From Kiritimatiellia bacterium (GTDB lineage Bacteria; Verrucomicrobiota; Kiritimatiellia; JAAZAB01): a stretch of 64,000 bases of DNA. The stretch is from the NCBI GenBank assembly GCA_041653875.1, contig JBAZEM010000006.1, positions 46,585 through 110,584 of the forward strand, read 5' to 3'. The position numbers and the translations under genes were made by a program. Under the pieces are notes generated by a model. It had not been told where the DNA came from and searched no databases. It saw nothing but the letters and a program-made list of their open reading frames with translations. The first letter of the stretch is position 1. Every line of letters begins with the position of its first letter. Below, in pieces: positions 28,015-38,513 of the stretch.

Positions 28015-29388
28015 ATGTTCAACCGTATTTTAATAGCAAATCGCGGGGAAATCGCGTTGCGCATCATCCGCGCCTGCCGCGAGATGGGCGTGAAGACCGT
28101 GGCGGTCTATTCCGACGTGGACGAGCATTCCCTGCATGTCCAATTGGCGGATGAGGCCATTTGCATCGGGCCGGCCCCGGCGCGGGAAAGCTACCTCAAA
28201 ATAGCCAATATTATCAGCGCCGCCGAAGTGGCGGACGTGGATGCCATCCATCCCGGTTATGGTTTCCTGGCGGAAAACGCGCACTTTGTCCAGATTTGCG
28301 AAAGCTGTAACATTACCTTTATCGGGCCCACTCCGGAAAACATCCAGAAGATGGGCGACAAAGCTGTCGCGCGCGAGACCGTGCGCAAGAGCGGCGTGCC
28401 GACAATTCCCGGCAGCGATGGCGTGGTCAAGACCAAGGAAGAGGCGCGCGAGGTGGTGCGCAAGGCCGGCTACCCGGTGCTGATCAAGGCGGCCGCCGGC
28501 GGCGGCGGCAAAGGCATGCGGATTGCCCACAATGACGTAAGCCTGGCGCAGGGATTCATGATGGCCAGTTCCGAGGCGGAGCGGGCCTTCGGCAACGGGG
28601 CGGTCTATATCGAAAAATATGTCGAGAACGCCCGCCACGTGGAAATCCAGATCATGGCCGATCACCACGGCAACGTGGTCCAACTCGGCGAGCGCGATTG
28701 CAGTATCCAGCGCCGGCATCAGAAACTCATGGAGGAGACGCCTTGTCCCGTGCTGACTTCCGATCAGCGCCGGCGAATGGGCAAACTGGCGGTGCGCGCG
28801 GCGGAGGCCATCGGTTACCGCAACGCGGGCACGATCGAGTTCCTGCTTGACCCGGGCGGTCATTTTTATTTCATGGAAATGAATACCCGCATCCAGGTCG
28901 AACACCCGGTCACCGAAATGGCCACCGGTTACGACCTGGTCAAGGAACAGATCAAGATCGCCGCCGGCCAGCGGTTGTCCTTCGAGCAGAAGGAGGTCAA
29001 TCCGCAAGGGCACGTTATCGAGTTCCGCATCAACGCCGAGGATCCGTCCAATAATTTTGCGCCGTCGCCGGGCCGGGTGGAGTGGGTCCATTTCCCGGGC
29101 GGACCGGGCATCCGGGTGGATTCGCATGTTTACAGCGGCTACGATGTCCTGCCGTTTTACGACAGCATGATTGCCAAGCTTGTTGTGCGCGGCGATACCC
29201 GCGAGGAAGCCATTCAGCGCATGTCCGGCGCCCTCGGTGAATTCATGATCGAAGGGGTCAAGACGACCGTGCCCTTGGGGCGCGCGATATTGAACGATGC
29301 CCTCTTCCGCCGCGGGCGCTACCATACGGCCTATCTGGAGCAGTTGTTGAAAGACGGGTTGGGCGGCGTGTCCTTGGCCGGCACTTGA
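28015..29388 (+). CDS. accC: Biotin carboxylase
   Basis: ATP-grasp biotin carboxylase signatures throughout ([14 protein letters not shown]..., [14 protein letters not shown]). Confidence 0.9.
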   Translation: MFNRILIANRGEIALRIIRACREMGVKTVAVYSDVDEHSLHVQLADEAICIGPAPARESYLKIANIISAAEVADVDAIHPGYGFLAENAHFVQICESCNITFIGPTPENIQKMGDKAVARETVRKSGVPTIPGSDGVVKTKEEAREVVRKAGYPVLIKAAAGGGGKGMRIAHNDVSLAQGFMMASSEAERAFGNGAVYIEKYVENARHVEIQIMADHHGNVVQLGERDCSIQRRHQKLMEETPCPVLTSDQRRRMGKLAVRAAEAIGYRNAGTIEFLLDPGGHFYFMEMNTRIQVEHPVTEMATGYDLVKEQIKIAAGQRLSFEQKEVNPQGHVIEFRINAEDPSNNFAPSPGRVEWVHFPGGPGIRVDSHVYSGYDVLPFYDSMIAKLVVRGDTREEAIQRMSGALGEFMIEGVKTTVPLGRAILNDALFRRGRYHTAYLEQLLKDGLGGVSLAGT

Positions 29389-29686
29389 GGCATTGCGCCA
29401 ATAAAATTCCAAATTCCAAATACCAAGTTTCAAATTTCAAGGAAACGCATCAATTACTTATGTAGTCCAGACGTGAAATTGCCGCCGGTTTACACCGGCG
29501 GCTACGTAGCCGCGCCTGTGAAGGCGTGGCTCTTCCAAGACCATGTCCAGTCTATTTCGGGAATGTTAATAAGGCAAAGGAAGGAAACCAAGGTTGATTT
29601 TGTCTTTATTGGGATTTTACTATTCCTTGTAATTTGGAACTTGGAATTTCTTGGATTGCGGGCGCAGCCCGCATAGGAGGAGGGCT

Positions 29687-30130
29687 ATGGAAACGAAACA
29701 ACGGATGTCGGCGGCAAATAACGGAGGCCGCGCCGCCACGGCCGATCAGGACGCCTCGGAGGAACATGGCGAGGACGGCACCGAGCTGGGCGCGGTCCGC
29801 ATTCACAACAGCGTGATTGCCGCGATTGCCCGTCTGGCGGCCCTCAAGGTCCCCGGGGTCGTCGAGATGAGCGGGTCGTTCGCCGAGGGCCTGGCCAGCA
29901 TGGTGGGCAAGGCCTCGTTCGACCGCGGCATCAAGGTGGACATGGATGACCAGAAACTGAATCTGGATCTCCACATTGTGGTCGCCTTCGGCATCCGCAT
30001 CCCCCAGGTGGCCTGGCGTATTCAGAACGACGTGCGCAAGGCCATCGAGGATATGACCGGCAAGAAAATCGGCCTGATCAACATAATCGTGCAAGGCGTC
30101 AAACTGCCGGAACCGGCCGGAAGTGCGTGA
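29687..30130 (+). CDS. Asp23/Gls24 family envelope stress protein
   Basis: Asp23 domain (IHNSVIAAIARLAALKVPGVVEM...). GGAGG RBS. Confidence 0.75.
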   Translation: METKQRMSAANNGGRAATADQDASEEHGEDGTELGAVRIHNSVIAAIARLAALKVPGVVEMSGSFAEGLASMVGKASFDRGIKVDMDDQKLNLDLHIVVAFGIRIPQVAWRIQNDVRKAIEDMTGKKIGLINIIVQGVKLPEPAGSA

Positions 30131-30204
30131 GGCACGGATGATAGACGACGGAGGACGGACGCCAGACCGAGAAGATGGAAGCGGGACGCGGAGTGGCCGG
30201 CGGG

Positions 30205-30310
30205 CCATAACTGTAGCCGCGAGACGATAGGCGCGCGTTTCCGTAGCCGCGCCGATGAGGGCGTGGATTCCTTCGGCGGCCTAATTTGACGGATAGGAAT
30301 TTCAACTTAA
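30205..30310. repeat. Partial copy of BIME-like mosaic repeat (GTAGCCGCGAGACGA module plus linker CTAATTTGACGGATAGGAATTTCAA)
   Basis: Shares the GTAGCCGCGAGACGAC module and the linker with 62745-63360. Confidence 0.5.
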
Positions 30311-30325
30311 CGGAGGGTAAATGGC

Positions 30326-30889
30326 ATGAATCTATTGCATGGTCTGATTAAGAGTGTGCTTTCGGTGGGACTGCTGATCCTGGGCGTTTTGTTGCTGACC
30401 AATCTCGTTGTCGCCTTTCAGACGCCCTTGGGGGTGTTCCTGATCAACGACAAGCTGGGGCAGTTCCTGGTGGGGATTTCCGCCGTTTTCCTCGTGCTCC
30501 TGTACTGGCTGACGGGCGTTCCGATTAAGGACGAGCAGTTCCTCACGTTCGAAAACGAGGGCGGGGCGGTCAGCATCAGCGTGAAGGCGATCGACGATTT
30601 TCTCGCCAAGCTGGCGGACGAATTCGCGGGTATCATCCGGCTGCGCGCCGATGTGGCCGCCTCGCGCGATGGACGCGTCGAGGTGCGCCTGGACGTGAGC
30701 GTCAGGGCCGGCACCAAGGTCCAACAGTTGTCGCAGGTTCTTCAGCAACGGGTTCGGGAAAGCATGCGCGACAATCTCGGCATTGCCGAAATTCATTCCG
30801 TCAAGGTGAACGTGAGCTCCATTGTCGCCGCCGAGAAACCGGCCGCCGGCCATGCCGCCGACCGCGCCGACTGGCAGTCTGACGCCTGA
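30326..30889 (+). CDS. Alkaline shock response membrane anchor protein AmaP-like
   Basis: N-terminal TM helices plus a DUF322-like C-terminus. Paired with the Asp23 gene. Confidence 0.6.
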   Translation: MNLLHGLIKSVLSVGLLILGVLLLTNLVVAFQTPLGVFLINDKLGQFLVGISAVFLVLLYWLTGVPIKDEQFLTFENEGGAVSISVKAIDDFLAKLADEFAGIIRLRADVAASRDGRVEVRLDVSVRAGTKVQQLSQVLQQRVRESMRDNLGIAEIHSVKVNVSSIVAAEKPAAGHAADRADWQSDA

Positions 30890-30992
30890 CGCCTGACGAC
30901 GGACGACGGACGACGGACGACGGACGACGGACGACGGACGACGGACGACGGACGACGGACGACGGACGACGGACGACGGACGACGGACGACA
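30890..30992. repeat. Heptamer tandem array (GACGACG)n, about 13 copies
   Basis: ctgacgcctgacgcctgacgacggacgacggacgacgg... directly after the amaP stop. Related GACGACAGACGAC motifs occur at 22770-22850, 26040-26075, 30140-30190 and 34810-34860. Confidence 0.85.
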
Positions 30993-31064
30993 AGCAGGAG
31001 CGAATGACCGACTAACGAATGTCAAGTTTCTTTCTTCATTCTGCATTCTACATTCTGCATTTCT

Positions 31065-32288
31065 TCAGAACGTATGCACCAATAGGCCGTCGCGGAGTTT
31101 GGGCTCGAACCAGGTGCTCTTGGGCGGCATGCACTGACCGGCGTCGGCAATGGTCATCAATTGGTCCACGGTCGTGGGCGCCATGGAAAAGGCCGCGGCG
31201 GAGCGGCCGGTCTTGACGCGCTCTTCCAGTTCCAGTGTGCCTCGAATGCCGCCGACAAATTCGATGCGCTTGTCCGTGCGCGGATCCGCGATTCCCAGGA
31301 TGGGTGCCAGTAGATCGTTTTGCAGGACGCTGACGTCCAGCGCGGCCACCGGATTAGCCTTCGGATCGGGCTTCCAACTCATTTCGAACCAACGTCCGCC
31401 CAGGAACATGGCGGCATGCGCAGGTCCCGGCGGGACCGGGCAGGCGTTGGCCGTCAGCGCGAAGCGTCGGCGCACGGTCTCCAGGAAGGCGGTTTCCGTC
31501 AAACCGTTCAAGTCCCGCACACAGCGGTTATAGGGCAGGATCTTGAGCTGGCTGGCGGGGAATAACACGGCGGGGAACCAGTTGTAGTCTTCCCGGCCGG
31601 TATGCTTTGGGTTGGCGGCGCGCAGGCGCTCGGCCACGCGCATGGCGGCCGCCGCGCGGTGATGACCGTCGGCGATATAAACGCAAGGCACGCGTTCGAA
31701 TGCCCGGGCTAACGCCGGGCTTTCGGTCACGCGCCAGACAGTGTGGCGGACGCCATCCGCCGCCGTGAAATCATAAAGCGGCGCCTGGGCTTCCGCGATT
31801 TGCACGAGCGCATCTACCGATGATTCGTCACGATAGGTCAGGAACACGAGGCCGGTGTGTGCGCGCAGTTCCAAAATGTGCCGGCAGCGGTCGTCTTCCT
31901 TGTCCGGCCGCGTTTTTTCATGCTTCTTGATCCGGTCGGCCGCATAGTCGTCAACGTGGCAGACGGCCGCAATCCCGCGCTGGGCATGGCCTTCCCGCAC
32001 CTGGCGGTAGATATAAAGCGATGGCGCGCTCTCCTGAATCAGAGCGCTGTTTTGCTTCAACGCCGAAAAATTTGACAGGGCTTTGGCATAGACGGCATCG
32101 GAGTAGGGCGGGGTGGTTTCCGGCAGGTCGATTTCGGAGCGGGTGACATGCAGGAAACTGAGCGGCTGATTGCGGGCCAAGGCGGCGGACTCGGCGCGGT
32201 CCACCACGTCATAAGGCACGCTGGCAAGCTGGGCCGCCGCCGATTCGACCGGCCGCCAGGCCGGGAAGGGATTAATGCGCATACTCAC
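31065..32288 (-). CDS. DUF1015 family protein
   Basis: 407-aa protein with the conserved DUF1015 N-terminal block (...SVPYDVVDRAESAAL...). Confidence 0.65.
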   Translation of the reverse strand: MSMRINPFPAWRPVESAAAQLASVPYDVVDRAESAALARNQPLSFLHVTRSEIDLPETTPPYSDAVYAKALSNFSALKQNSALIQESAPSLYIYRQVREGHAQRGIAAVCHVDDYAADRIKKHEKTRPDKEDDRCRHILELRAHTGLVFLTYRDESSVDALVQIAEAQAPLYDFTAADGVRHTVWRVTESPALARAFERVPCVYIADGHHRAAAAMRVAERLRAANPKHTGREDYNWFPAVLFPASQLKILPYNRCVRDLNGLTETAFLETVRRRFALTANACPVPPGPAHAAMFLGGRWFEMSWKPDPKANPVAALDVSVLQNDLLAPILGIADPRTDKRIEFVGGIRGTLELEERVKTGRSAAAFSMAPTTVDQLMTIADAGQCMPPKSTWFEPKLRDGLLVHTF

Positions 32289-32291
32289 CTC

Positions 32292-32470
32292 GTCGGTTCG
32301 ATTGCTGGTTTAATGTGTAGGAATTTTCCGCCGGAGGCGGTCCCGCCTGCGGTGGACAAAACCAAGCGGTTCTATCGAACCGCAACTACACCGGCTCGTT
32401 GTAGCGCCGTTCGAGAGAACGGCAAAGTCGCGGCCTTTGGCCGCCTAACTTGATGTACAGGAATTCAATA
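32292..32470. repeat. BIME-like mosaic repeat copy
   Basis: TGTAGGAATTTTCCGCC plus GCGGTTCTATCGAACCGCAACTACACC hairpin plus GTCGCGGCCTTTGGCCGCCTAACTTGATGTACAGGAATTCAA. Confidence 0.75.
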
Positions 32471-32577
32471 CCAAATTGGCGCGCGCCTGTCATTTTATTA
32501 ATGCAATCGCCGCGGGTTTGATTATAGTATGGCTCATTTCCAATGAATCGCAGCAACGCGGGCGACGAGAAATTGCC

Positions 32578-35190
32578 ATGAAAGAAAAATATCCGTTCGA
32601 TGAAATCGAGCCGAAGTGGCAGGCCTATTGGCGTGAGCGTGGCTTGTTCAAGGCGGACCTGGACAAGGCCGCTAAAAAATATTATTGCCTGATGATGTTC
32701 CCTTATCCCTCGGCGGCCTTGCACGTTGGGCATGGGCGCAATTACATCATCGGCGACGCCGTGGCGCGTTACAAGAAAATGCGCGGATTCAACGTGTTGA
32801 CGCCGATGGGCTGGGATGCCTTCGGCCTGCCGGCCGAGAACGCCGCCATCAAAACCGGGACCCATCCCCGGATCACGACCCTGGCCAATATCGCCACCAT
32901 GAAGCGGCAGTTGAACGCCTGGGGCTGTTGTTACGACTGGGACCGCGAGGTGACCGCCTGCCTGCCGGACTATTACCGCTGGACGCAATGGCTGTTCCTG
33001 CAGTTTTTCAAGCGCGGCCTGGCCTATAAGGCGTTTGCGCCGGTCAACTGGTGTCCATCCTGCGTGGCCGTGCTGGCCAACGAGCAGGTGATCGACGGCA
33101 AATGCTGGCGGTGCGATTCGCCGGTGCAGGAGAAACGCCTCGAACAGTGGTTTTTCAGGATCACCGACTATGCCCAGCGCCTCTTGGACGATCTGGACAA
33201 GCTGGCCGGCTGGCCGGAACGGGTCAAGTTGATGCAAAAGAACTGGATCGGACGCAGTGAAGGCGCGCGGATCGAGTTCCCGTTGGCGCCGCGCCGCGAC
33301 GGCGGGAAGGATTCCATCTCCGCCGTGGCCTGTTTCACCACGCGGGTGGACACGATCTTCGGTTGCACCTATATGGTGCTGGCCCCGGAATATCCGGAGT
33401 TGCCGGAACTGGTGAAGGGGTTGCCGGAAGAAGCGGCGGTCGCGCAGTTCGCCGCCCAGGCCGTCAAGGTTGCCGCCGTTGACCGCGCCGGCAACACCCT
33501 CGATAAAAACGGCGTGTTCACGGGGCGGTTCGTGGTCAATCCCTATACCGGCGAGAAAATTCCGTTGTGGGTCGGCGATTACGTCATTATGAGTTACGGC
33601 GCCGGCGCCGTGATGGCCGTGCCGGCGCACGACACGCGCGATTGGGCCTTCGCCAAAAAATACGGTTTACCCATCAAGCTTTCCATCCAGAACGCGGAGC
33701 GGACGCTTGTCATTCCCGATCCAATCGGGAATCCAGTTTCAGAAAGCTCGGATCTGGATTCCCGCTTTCGCGGGAATGACACCGCGGGTAAACCGAAATT
33801 CATGACGGATGCTTACGTCGAGGACGGCGTCACGGCAAATTCCGGCCAATTCAGCGGGTTGCCAAGCGGCCAGGCGCGGGCGCGGATGACGGCTTATGCC
33901 GAGGGGCAAAAGTTTGGGGGCGCTTGCGTGACCTACCGCCTGCGCGACTGGCTGATCAGCCGCCAGCGTTATTGGGGCGCGCCGATCCCGGTCGTTTATT
34001 GCAAGACCTGCGGCATTGTGGCGGTGCCGGAAAAGGATTTGCCTGTGCTCCTGCCGGACACCGTGGAGTTCAAGCCCACGGGCGAATCGCCGCTGAAGCG
34101 CGACGCGAACTTCATGAACACGACCTGCCCGAAGTGCGGCGCGAGCGCCCAGCGCGAAAGCGACACCATGGATACGTTCGTCGATTCGAGCTGGTATTAT
34201 CTGCGCTATCTTTCCGCGCGCGACGACCGGCAGGCCATCCGGACCGAGGTGTGCAACCGGTGGCTGCCGGTGGACCAGTATATCGGCGGCATCGAGCACG
34301 CCATCCTGCATCTCATGTACGCGCGGTTTTTCACCAAGGCGCTCTTCGACATGGGTCTGGTGGGCTTCGACGAGCCCTTCGCGAACCTGTTCACGCAGGG
34401 CATGATCTGCAAGCGCAGCGAAAAGGACGGCCAGCTTTACAAGATGTCCAAGTCCAAGGGCAATGTGGTGAGCCCGGACGAACTGATCCGCGAATACGGC
34501 GCCGACACTGTGCGGCTCTATACGCTCTTTATCGGGCCGCCGGAAAAGGATGCCGAGTGGAACGACCAGGGCATCGAGGGCGCCTTCCGGTTTCTCAAGC
34601 GCCTCTGGCGCTTCGTATATGAGCGGCATGACGTTCTGCAAAAGGCCGCAACCTTCGCGCCGGAATTGGCGTCCATGAGCGTTCCGGAGCGCGATCTCTA
34701 TCGCAAGGCCCATGAAACCATCCGGGTCGTTACCGGCGGACTGGATGGCGCCTTCCATTTCAATACGGCCATTGCCCAGATCATGGAGCTGATGAACGAG
34801 GTGGAGCGTTTCTGCCCTCAGTCGTCTGTCGTCTGTCCTCCGTCGTCTGTCCTCCGCCACGCCGTTGAAACGATCGTTCTCCTGCTTTCGCCCCTGGCCC
34901 CGCATATTGCCGAGGAGTTATGGGTGGAGTTGGGGCATGCGCCCGGCGTCTTGCAGGCCGCCTGGCCCGAGGCCGATCCCGCCGCACTGGCGCGCGACTG
35001 CGTGGAAATCGCGCTCCAACTCAACGGCAAGTTTCGCGGCACGATGATGGCGCCGGCCGGGGCCGACCGTAAAAGCCTGGAGGACACGGCGCTGGAGCAG
35101 CCGCAGATTGCCAAGGCGGTCAAGCGCGAGCAGGTGGTCAAGATGGTGGTGGTCCCGGACAAGCTGGTCAATATTGTGTTTAAGGCATGA
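32578..35190 (+). CDS. leuS: Leucine--tRNA ligase
   Basis: Class I aaRS with HVGH and KMSKS motifs, CP1 editing domain, zinc knuckle CxxC. An in-frame hairpin-rich insertion lies at 33711-33800. Confidence 0.9.
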   Translation: MKEKYPFDEIEPKWQAYWRERGLFKADLDKAAKKYYCLMMFPYPSAALHVGHGRNYIIGDAVARYKKMRGFNVLTPMGWDAFGLPAENAAIKTGTHPRITTLANIATMKRQLNAWGCCYDWDREVTACLPDYYRWTQWLFLQFFKRGLAYKAFAPVNWCPSCVAVLANEQVIDGKCWRCDSPVQEKRLEQWFFRITDYAQRLLDDLDKLAGWPERVKLMQKNWIGRSEGARIEFPLAPRRDGGKDSISAVACFTTRVDTIFGCTYMVLAPEYPELPELVKGLPEEAAVAQFAAQAVKVAAVDRAGNTLDKNGVFTGRFVVNPYTGEKIPLWVGDYVIMSYGAGAVMAVPAHDTRDWAFAKKYGLPIKLSIQNAERTLVIPDPIGNPVSESSDLDSRFRGNDTAGKPKFMTDAYVEDGVTANSGQFSGLPSGQARARMTAYAEGQKFGGACVTYRLRDWLISRQRYWGAPIPVVYCKTCGIVAVPEKDLPVLLPDTVEFKPTGESPLKRDANFMNTTCPKCGASAQRESDTMDTFVDSSWYYLRYLSARDDRQAIRTEVCNRWLPVDQYIGGIEHAILHLMYARFFTKALFDMGLVGFDEPFANLFTQGMICKRSEKDGQLYKMSKSKGNVVSPDELIREYGADTVRLYTLFIGPPEKDAEWNDQGIEGAFRFLKRLWRFVYERHDVLQKAATFAPELASMSVPERDLYRKAHETIRVVTGGLDGAFHFNTAIAQIMELMNEVERFCPQSSVVCPPSSVLRHAVETIVLLLSPLAPHIAEELWVELGHAPGVLQAAWPEADPAALARDCVEIALQLNGKFRGTMMAPAGADRKSLEDTALEQPQIAKAVKREQVVKMVVVPDKLVNIVFKA

Positions 35191-35301
35191 GATAAGTCGC
35201 CAAAGGCGGCAACTGTTTCATGTAGCCGCGGGCGTGAGCCAGTGGCCGCCGGAAGAATCCACGCCCTCACGGGCGCGGCTACCCGGATTGAGATTCCGAT
35301 C

Positions 35302-35505
35302 ATGACTATCCCTGAATCATCCGAAAATGAGGGCAGTCTGTGGCGACGCCTGCCGCGGGCCTGGTTTTACCTGACGCCCAACGAGCGGCTTTCCATCGCC
35401 GTGATTCTCGGCTTGCTGTTGTTGGGCCTTGGCGCCCGCTACTGGCGCCTGAGCCATGCAAAATCGGAACTTGTTCCCTCGCCGGCGGTCGCGATTAAAA
35501 AGTAA
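35302..35505 (+). CDS. Small membrane protein, hypothetical
   Basis: 67 aa with a single TM helix (LSIAVILGLLLLGLGA). Confidence 0.3.
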   Translation: MTIPESSENEGSLWRRLPRAWFYLTPNERLSIAVILGLLLLGLGARYWRLSHAKSELVPSPAVAIKK

Positions 35506-35684
35506 ATCAACCATAAGGAACAGTTCCGTTTTTACCGAATCCAAACCTGAAGTGCCTGCTCGGTCCGTCGTCTGCGTCCTTTTATTGCATAACCGGTAAA
35601 TAAAGTTTGGCCGTTGCCATATCTCGCGAAGCTGATACGATAATTGCCTTGAATTCAGCCGGTCAATTTAACCAACGGGAACCC

Positions 35685-36944
35685 ACCATGACGATCGACA
35701 AAGCGTATTCATTGGCTCGCGAACAGTATGCTGTCCATGGGATCGACACAAACAAGGTCCTCAAGCAGTTGGCGGAAATTCGCATTTCGTTGCATTGCTG
35801 GCAGGGTGACGATGTGGCCGGTTTCGAGCCGCCTCGCGGTAATCTTGGCGGCGTATTGCCAACCGGTAATTATCCGGGCCGAGCGCGAACCCCGCAAGAA
35901 CTGCGCGCCGATCTGGCCAAGGCGTTGAGCTTGATTCCCGGGCGGCATCGCGTCAATCTCCATGCCATCTATGCGGAAACCAAGGCCCGGCCGGTCGAGC
36001 GTGACGAACTGGCGCCGGAGCATTTCGCCGATTGGGTGGCCTGGGCGCGCCTGCACAAACTGGGATTGGATTTCAACGGGTCTTTCTTTTCTCACCCGCT
36101 GGCCGAATCCGGGCGCACCTTGTCCCATCCGGATCGGGCCATCCGCCGGTTCTGGATCGACCACGCCCGCGCTTGCCGCCGGATCGGCGCGTTTATGGGA
36201 CGCCAATTGAAAACGCCCTGTGTGACCAACATCTGGATCCCGGATGGCTCCAAAGACACGCCGGCGGACCGCAAGGGGCCGCGCGAGCTGTTACAGCAGT
36301 CGTTGGACACAATCTTCAAAGAGTCATACCGTCCGGCTTATAATCTGGATGCGCTGGAAGGCAAGCTGTTCGGCCTGGGGTCGGAGTCCTATGTTGTCGG
36401 CTCGCACGATTTTTATCTGGCTTACGCGGTGGCGCATCGCAAGCTGTTATGCATGGATATGGGGCATTTCCATCCCACCGAATCGGTCGCCGACAAGTTG
36501 TCGGCCGTGCTCACCCAGTTGGATCGTGTGCTTTTGCATGTCAGCCGCGGTGTGCGTTGGGACAGCGATCATGTGGTGACTCTCACGGACGATCTCCGCG
36601 CCTTGGCGGAAGAAATCGTGCGCGGCGATTATTTGCGGCGTGTCCATATCGGGCTGGACTTTTTCGATGCCAGCATCAATCGGGTTGCCGCCTTAGTAAT
36701 TGGCGCCCGCGCCATGCTCCAAGCCCTGTTGATCGCGCTGTTGGAGCCCTCCGCCGCTCTGCGTCGGATGGAACGCCAGGGGGATTTCACGGCGCGGCTC
36801 GCCTTGATGGAGGAACTGAAAGGTCTGCCGTTTGGCGCCGTCTGGGATTATTACTGTTGCCGCCAGGATGTGCCCGCGAACCAGGCCTGGATGCGGGAAA
36901 TCAAGGCCTACGAAGTCGCGGTGCAATCCAAGCGCTGTCCGTAG
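35685..36944 (+). CDS. rhaA: L-rhamnose isomerase
   Basis: The N-terminus MTIDKAYSLAREQYAVHGIDTNKVLKQLAEIRISLHCWQGDDVAGFE matches the RhaA signature SMHCWQGDDVSGFE. Confidence 0.8.
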   Translation, partial: TMTIDKAYSLAREQYAVHGIDTNKVLKQLAEIRISLHCWQGDDVAGFEPPRGNLGGVLPTGNYPGRARTPQELRADLAKALSLIPGRHRVNLHAIYAETKARPVERDELAPEHFADWVAWARLHKLGLDFNGSFFSHPLAESGRTLSHPDRAIRRFWIDHARACRRIGAFMGRQLKTPCVTNIWIPDGSKDTPADRKGPRELLQQSLDTIFKESYRPAYNLDALEGKLFGLGSESYVVGSHDFYLAYAVAHRKLLCMDMGHFHPTESVADKLSAVLTQLDRVLLHVSRGVRWDSDHVVTLTDDLRALAEEIVRGDYLRRVHIGLDFFDASINRVAALVIGARAMLQALLIALLEPSAALRRMERQGDFTARLALMEELKGLPFGAVWDYYCCRQDVPANQAWMREIKAYEVAVQSKRCP

Positions 36945-37010
36945 CGGGTAACATGCCCGCCCTCCCTTGGGTTGCGGGCGCTTAGCCCGCCTTAAGGCCT
37001 TTTCTTTGTT
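36945..37010 (+). terminator. Terminator-associated inverted-repeat element (GCGGGC-loop-GCCCGC plus T-tract)
   Basis: Follows the rhaA stop. A near-identical inverted copy lies at 62640-62700 and a related core at 44950-44990. Confidence 0.55.
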
Positions 37011-37110
37011 GACACGAGCGCTGAATAAGTCTATTTTTCGCGTCTGTGTCGTTTCACCATAGTTCGGCAACTCTTTCATAAAAGGGGTTGCCCAAGAAAG
37101 GAATGATCGC

Positions 37111-38424
37111 ATGAAGATCGAGTTTTCGAGCAGACTGATCGGGTCGGTTATTGCCGGAGTGCTGTGCCTGGGCGGGATCGTGTCCGCCGCCGATGCCGCC
37201 AAGAAGGTCGAAGCGGCCGAGAAACCCGCTTCCGCCGCCCCGGCGGCCGTTGCGATGCCCATGGTCATGCCGGCCCCGGCGGCGGTCGTTGCCGCCAGTA
37301 ATGCCCCGGCAACCGTCCTGGTCCAGGTCAACGATAAGACCATTACCCAGGGCGATGTTGACGCTGAAATCGGCGAAATTTCCAAAATGATGCAGAGCCG
37401 CGGACGTTCGGGCGACCAGTTTGCCATGATGCTGCCGACCATCAAGCCGCAGATCGTCGACAGTCTCGTGGTGCGCGCGCTGTTGGCTGATGAATTCGCG
37501 AAGAAGAATATCACGGTCGGCGACGACGAGATCAACAAGGAAATCGAGAAAATCAAGACGACCTTGCCCAAAGGCAAAAACCTCGAAGAACTCCTGAAAA
37601 GCAATGGCGTCAGCGACAAATCCTTCCGGGCCGACATCATGGAGCAGCTCAAGTTGAGCAAACTGCTTGGGATCGGCGAGCCGACCGATAAGGATTTGAA
37701 GGATTTTTACGATAAAAACAAGAGCCGGCTTTATGAAATGCCGGAGACCGTGCGGGCGCGCCATATCCTGATTGCCGTGAATGCCACGGACGACGCCGCC
37801 AAGAAGGCCGTCAAGAAGGAGAAAGCCGAAGCCTTGCGCAAGCAGCTGATCGATTCCAAAGGCGCTAATTTCGAGAAACTGGCCCAGGATAACTCGGATT
37901 GTCCGAGCAAAGCCATGGGCGGCGACCTGGGCGAGTTCCGCAAGGGCCAGATGGTGCCCGCCTTCGAAGTCGTGGCCTTTGGCCTGAAGACCAATGAAAT
38001 CAGCGCGGTGGTCGAAACGGATTTCGGTTACCACGTGATCCAAATGACCGAGCACAATCTTCCGCGCACCGTTGCGTTCGATGAAGTTAAGTCCCAGATT
38101 ACCGCGCAATACAAGGGCCGCCAGTTGCAGGAAAAGGCGGGTCCCTTCATTCAGGAACTGCGCGACAAGGCCAAAATTTCTTACCAGAATGGCGCGGAGC
38201 CGGTCAAGCCGATGATGATGCCCCCCATGGGCGGCGCGCCGGATGAAGAATCGGGTGTGACAACCAAGCCGGCGGATAAGAAGGCTGATAAAGAAGGCGT
38301 GCAAACACCCCCGGCGGAAAAAGCGCCGGCCAAAGATGCCGGCAGCGCCACGAATAAAGCCGTGGACAAAGCCACAGACAAAACTGCCGACAAAGCCCCG
38401 GCCAAGGAAGAGCCTAAGAAGTAA
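37111..38424 (+). CDS. PpiC-type peptidyl-prolyl cis-trans isomerase (SurA/PrsA-like) with Lys/Ala-rich C-terminal tail
   Basis: Signal peptide, SurA-like N-domain, parvulin domain (GGDLGEFRKGQMVPAFE...FGYHVIQ). Confidence 0.75.
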   Translation: MKIEFSSRLIGSVIAGVLCLGGIVSAADAAKKVEAAEKPASAAPAAVAMPMVMPAPAAVVAASNAPATVLVQVNDKTITQGDVDAEIGEISKMMQSRGRSGDQFAMMLPTIKPQIVDSLVVRALLADEFAKKNITVGDDEINKEIEKIKTTLPKGKNLEELLKSNGVSDKSFRADIMEQLKLSKLLGIGEPTDKDLKDFYDKNKSRLYEMPETVRARHILIAVNATDDAAKKAVKKEKAEALRKQLIDSKGANFEKLAQDNSDCPSKAMGGDLGEFRKGQMVPAFEVVAFGLKTNEISAVVETDFGYHVIQMTEHNLPRTVAFDEVKSQITAQYKGRQLQEKAGPFIQELRDKAKISYQNGAEPVKPMMMPPMGGAPDEESGVTTKPADKKADKEGVQTPPAEKAPAKDAGSATNKAVDKATDKTADKAPAKEEPKK

Positions 38425-38442
38425 CAATTCAATCGCTAATGC

Positions 38443-38492
38443 GAAGGCGCAAAGACGCGCAGGGAACCCTCGCGTTTTTGCGCCTTTTTTGC
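38443..38492. terminator. Bidirectional intrinsic terminator between convergent ppiC-like and ychF genes
   Basis: GGCGCAAAGACGCGCAGGGAACCCTCGCGTTTTTGCGCC hairpin flanked by T/A tracts. Confidence 0.5.
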
Positions 38493-38513
38493 ATTGTCAG
38501 ACTAATTTGACGT

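Noticed and set aside
28030-29433. 467-aa minus-strand ORF
   Set aside because: Antisense to accC.
30793-31046. Minus-strand ORFs encoding (RRPSSVV)n
   Set aside because: Pure translation of the (GACGACG)n heptamer array. Not a gene.
32386-33630. 414-aa minus-strand ORF
   Set aside because: Antisense to leuS. High-GC third-position bias generates long spurious ORFs. No motifs.
33739-34905. 388-aa minus-strand ORF
   Set aside because: Antisense to leuS.
37054-38427. 457-aa minus-strand ORF
   Set aside because: Antisense to the PpiC-type isomerase gene. Low-complexity Gly/Arg-rich translation.
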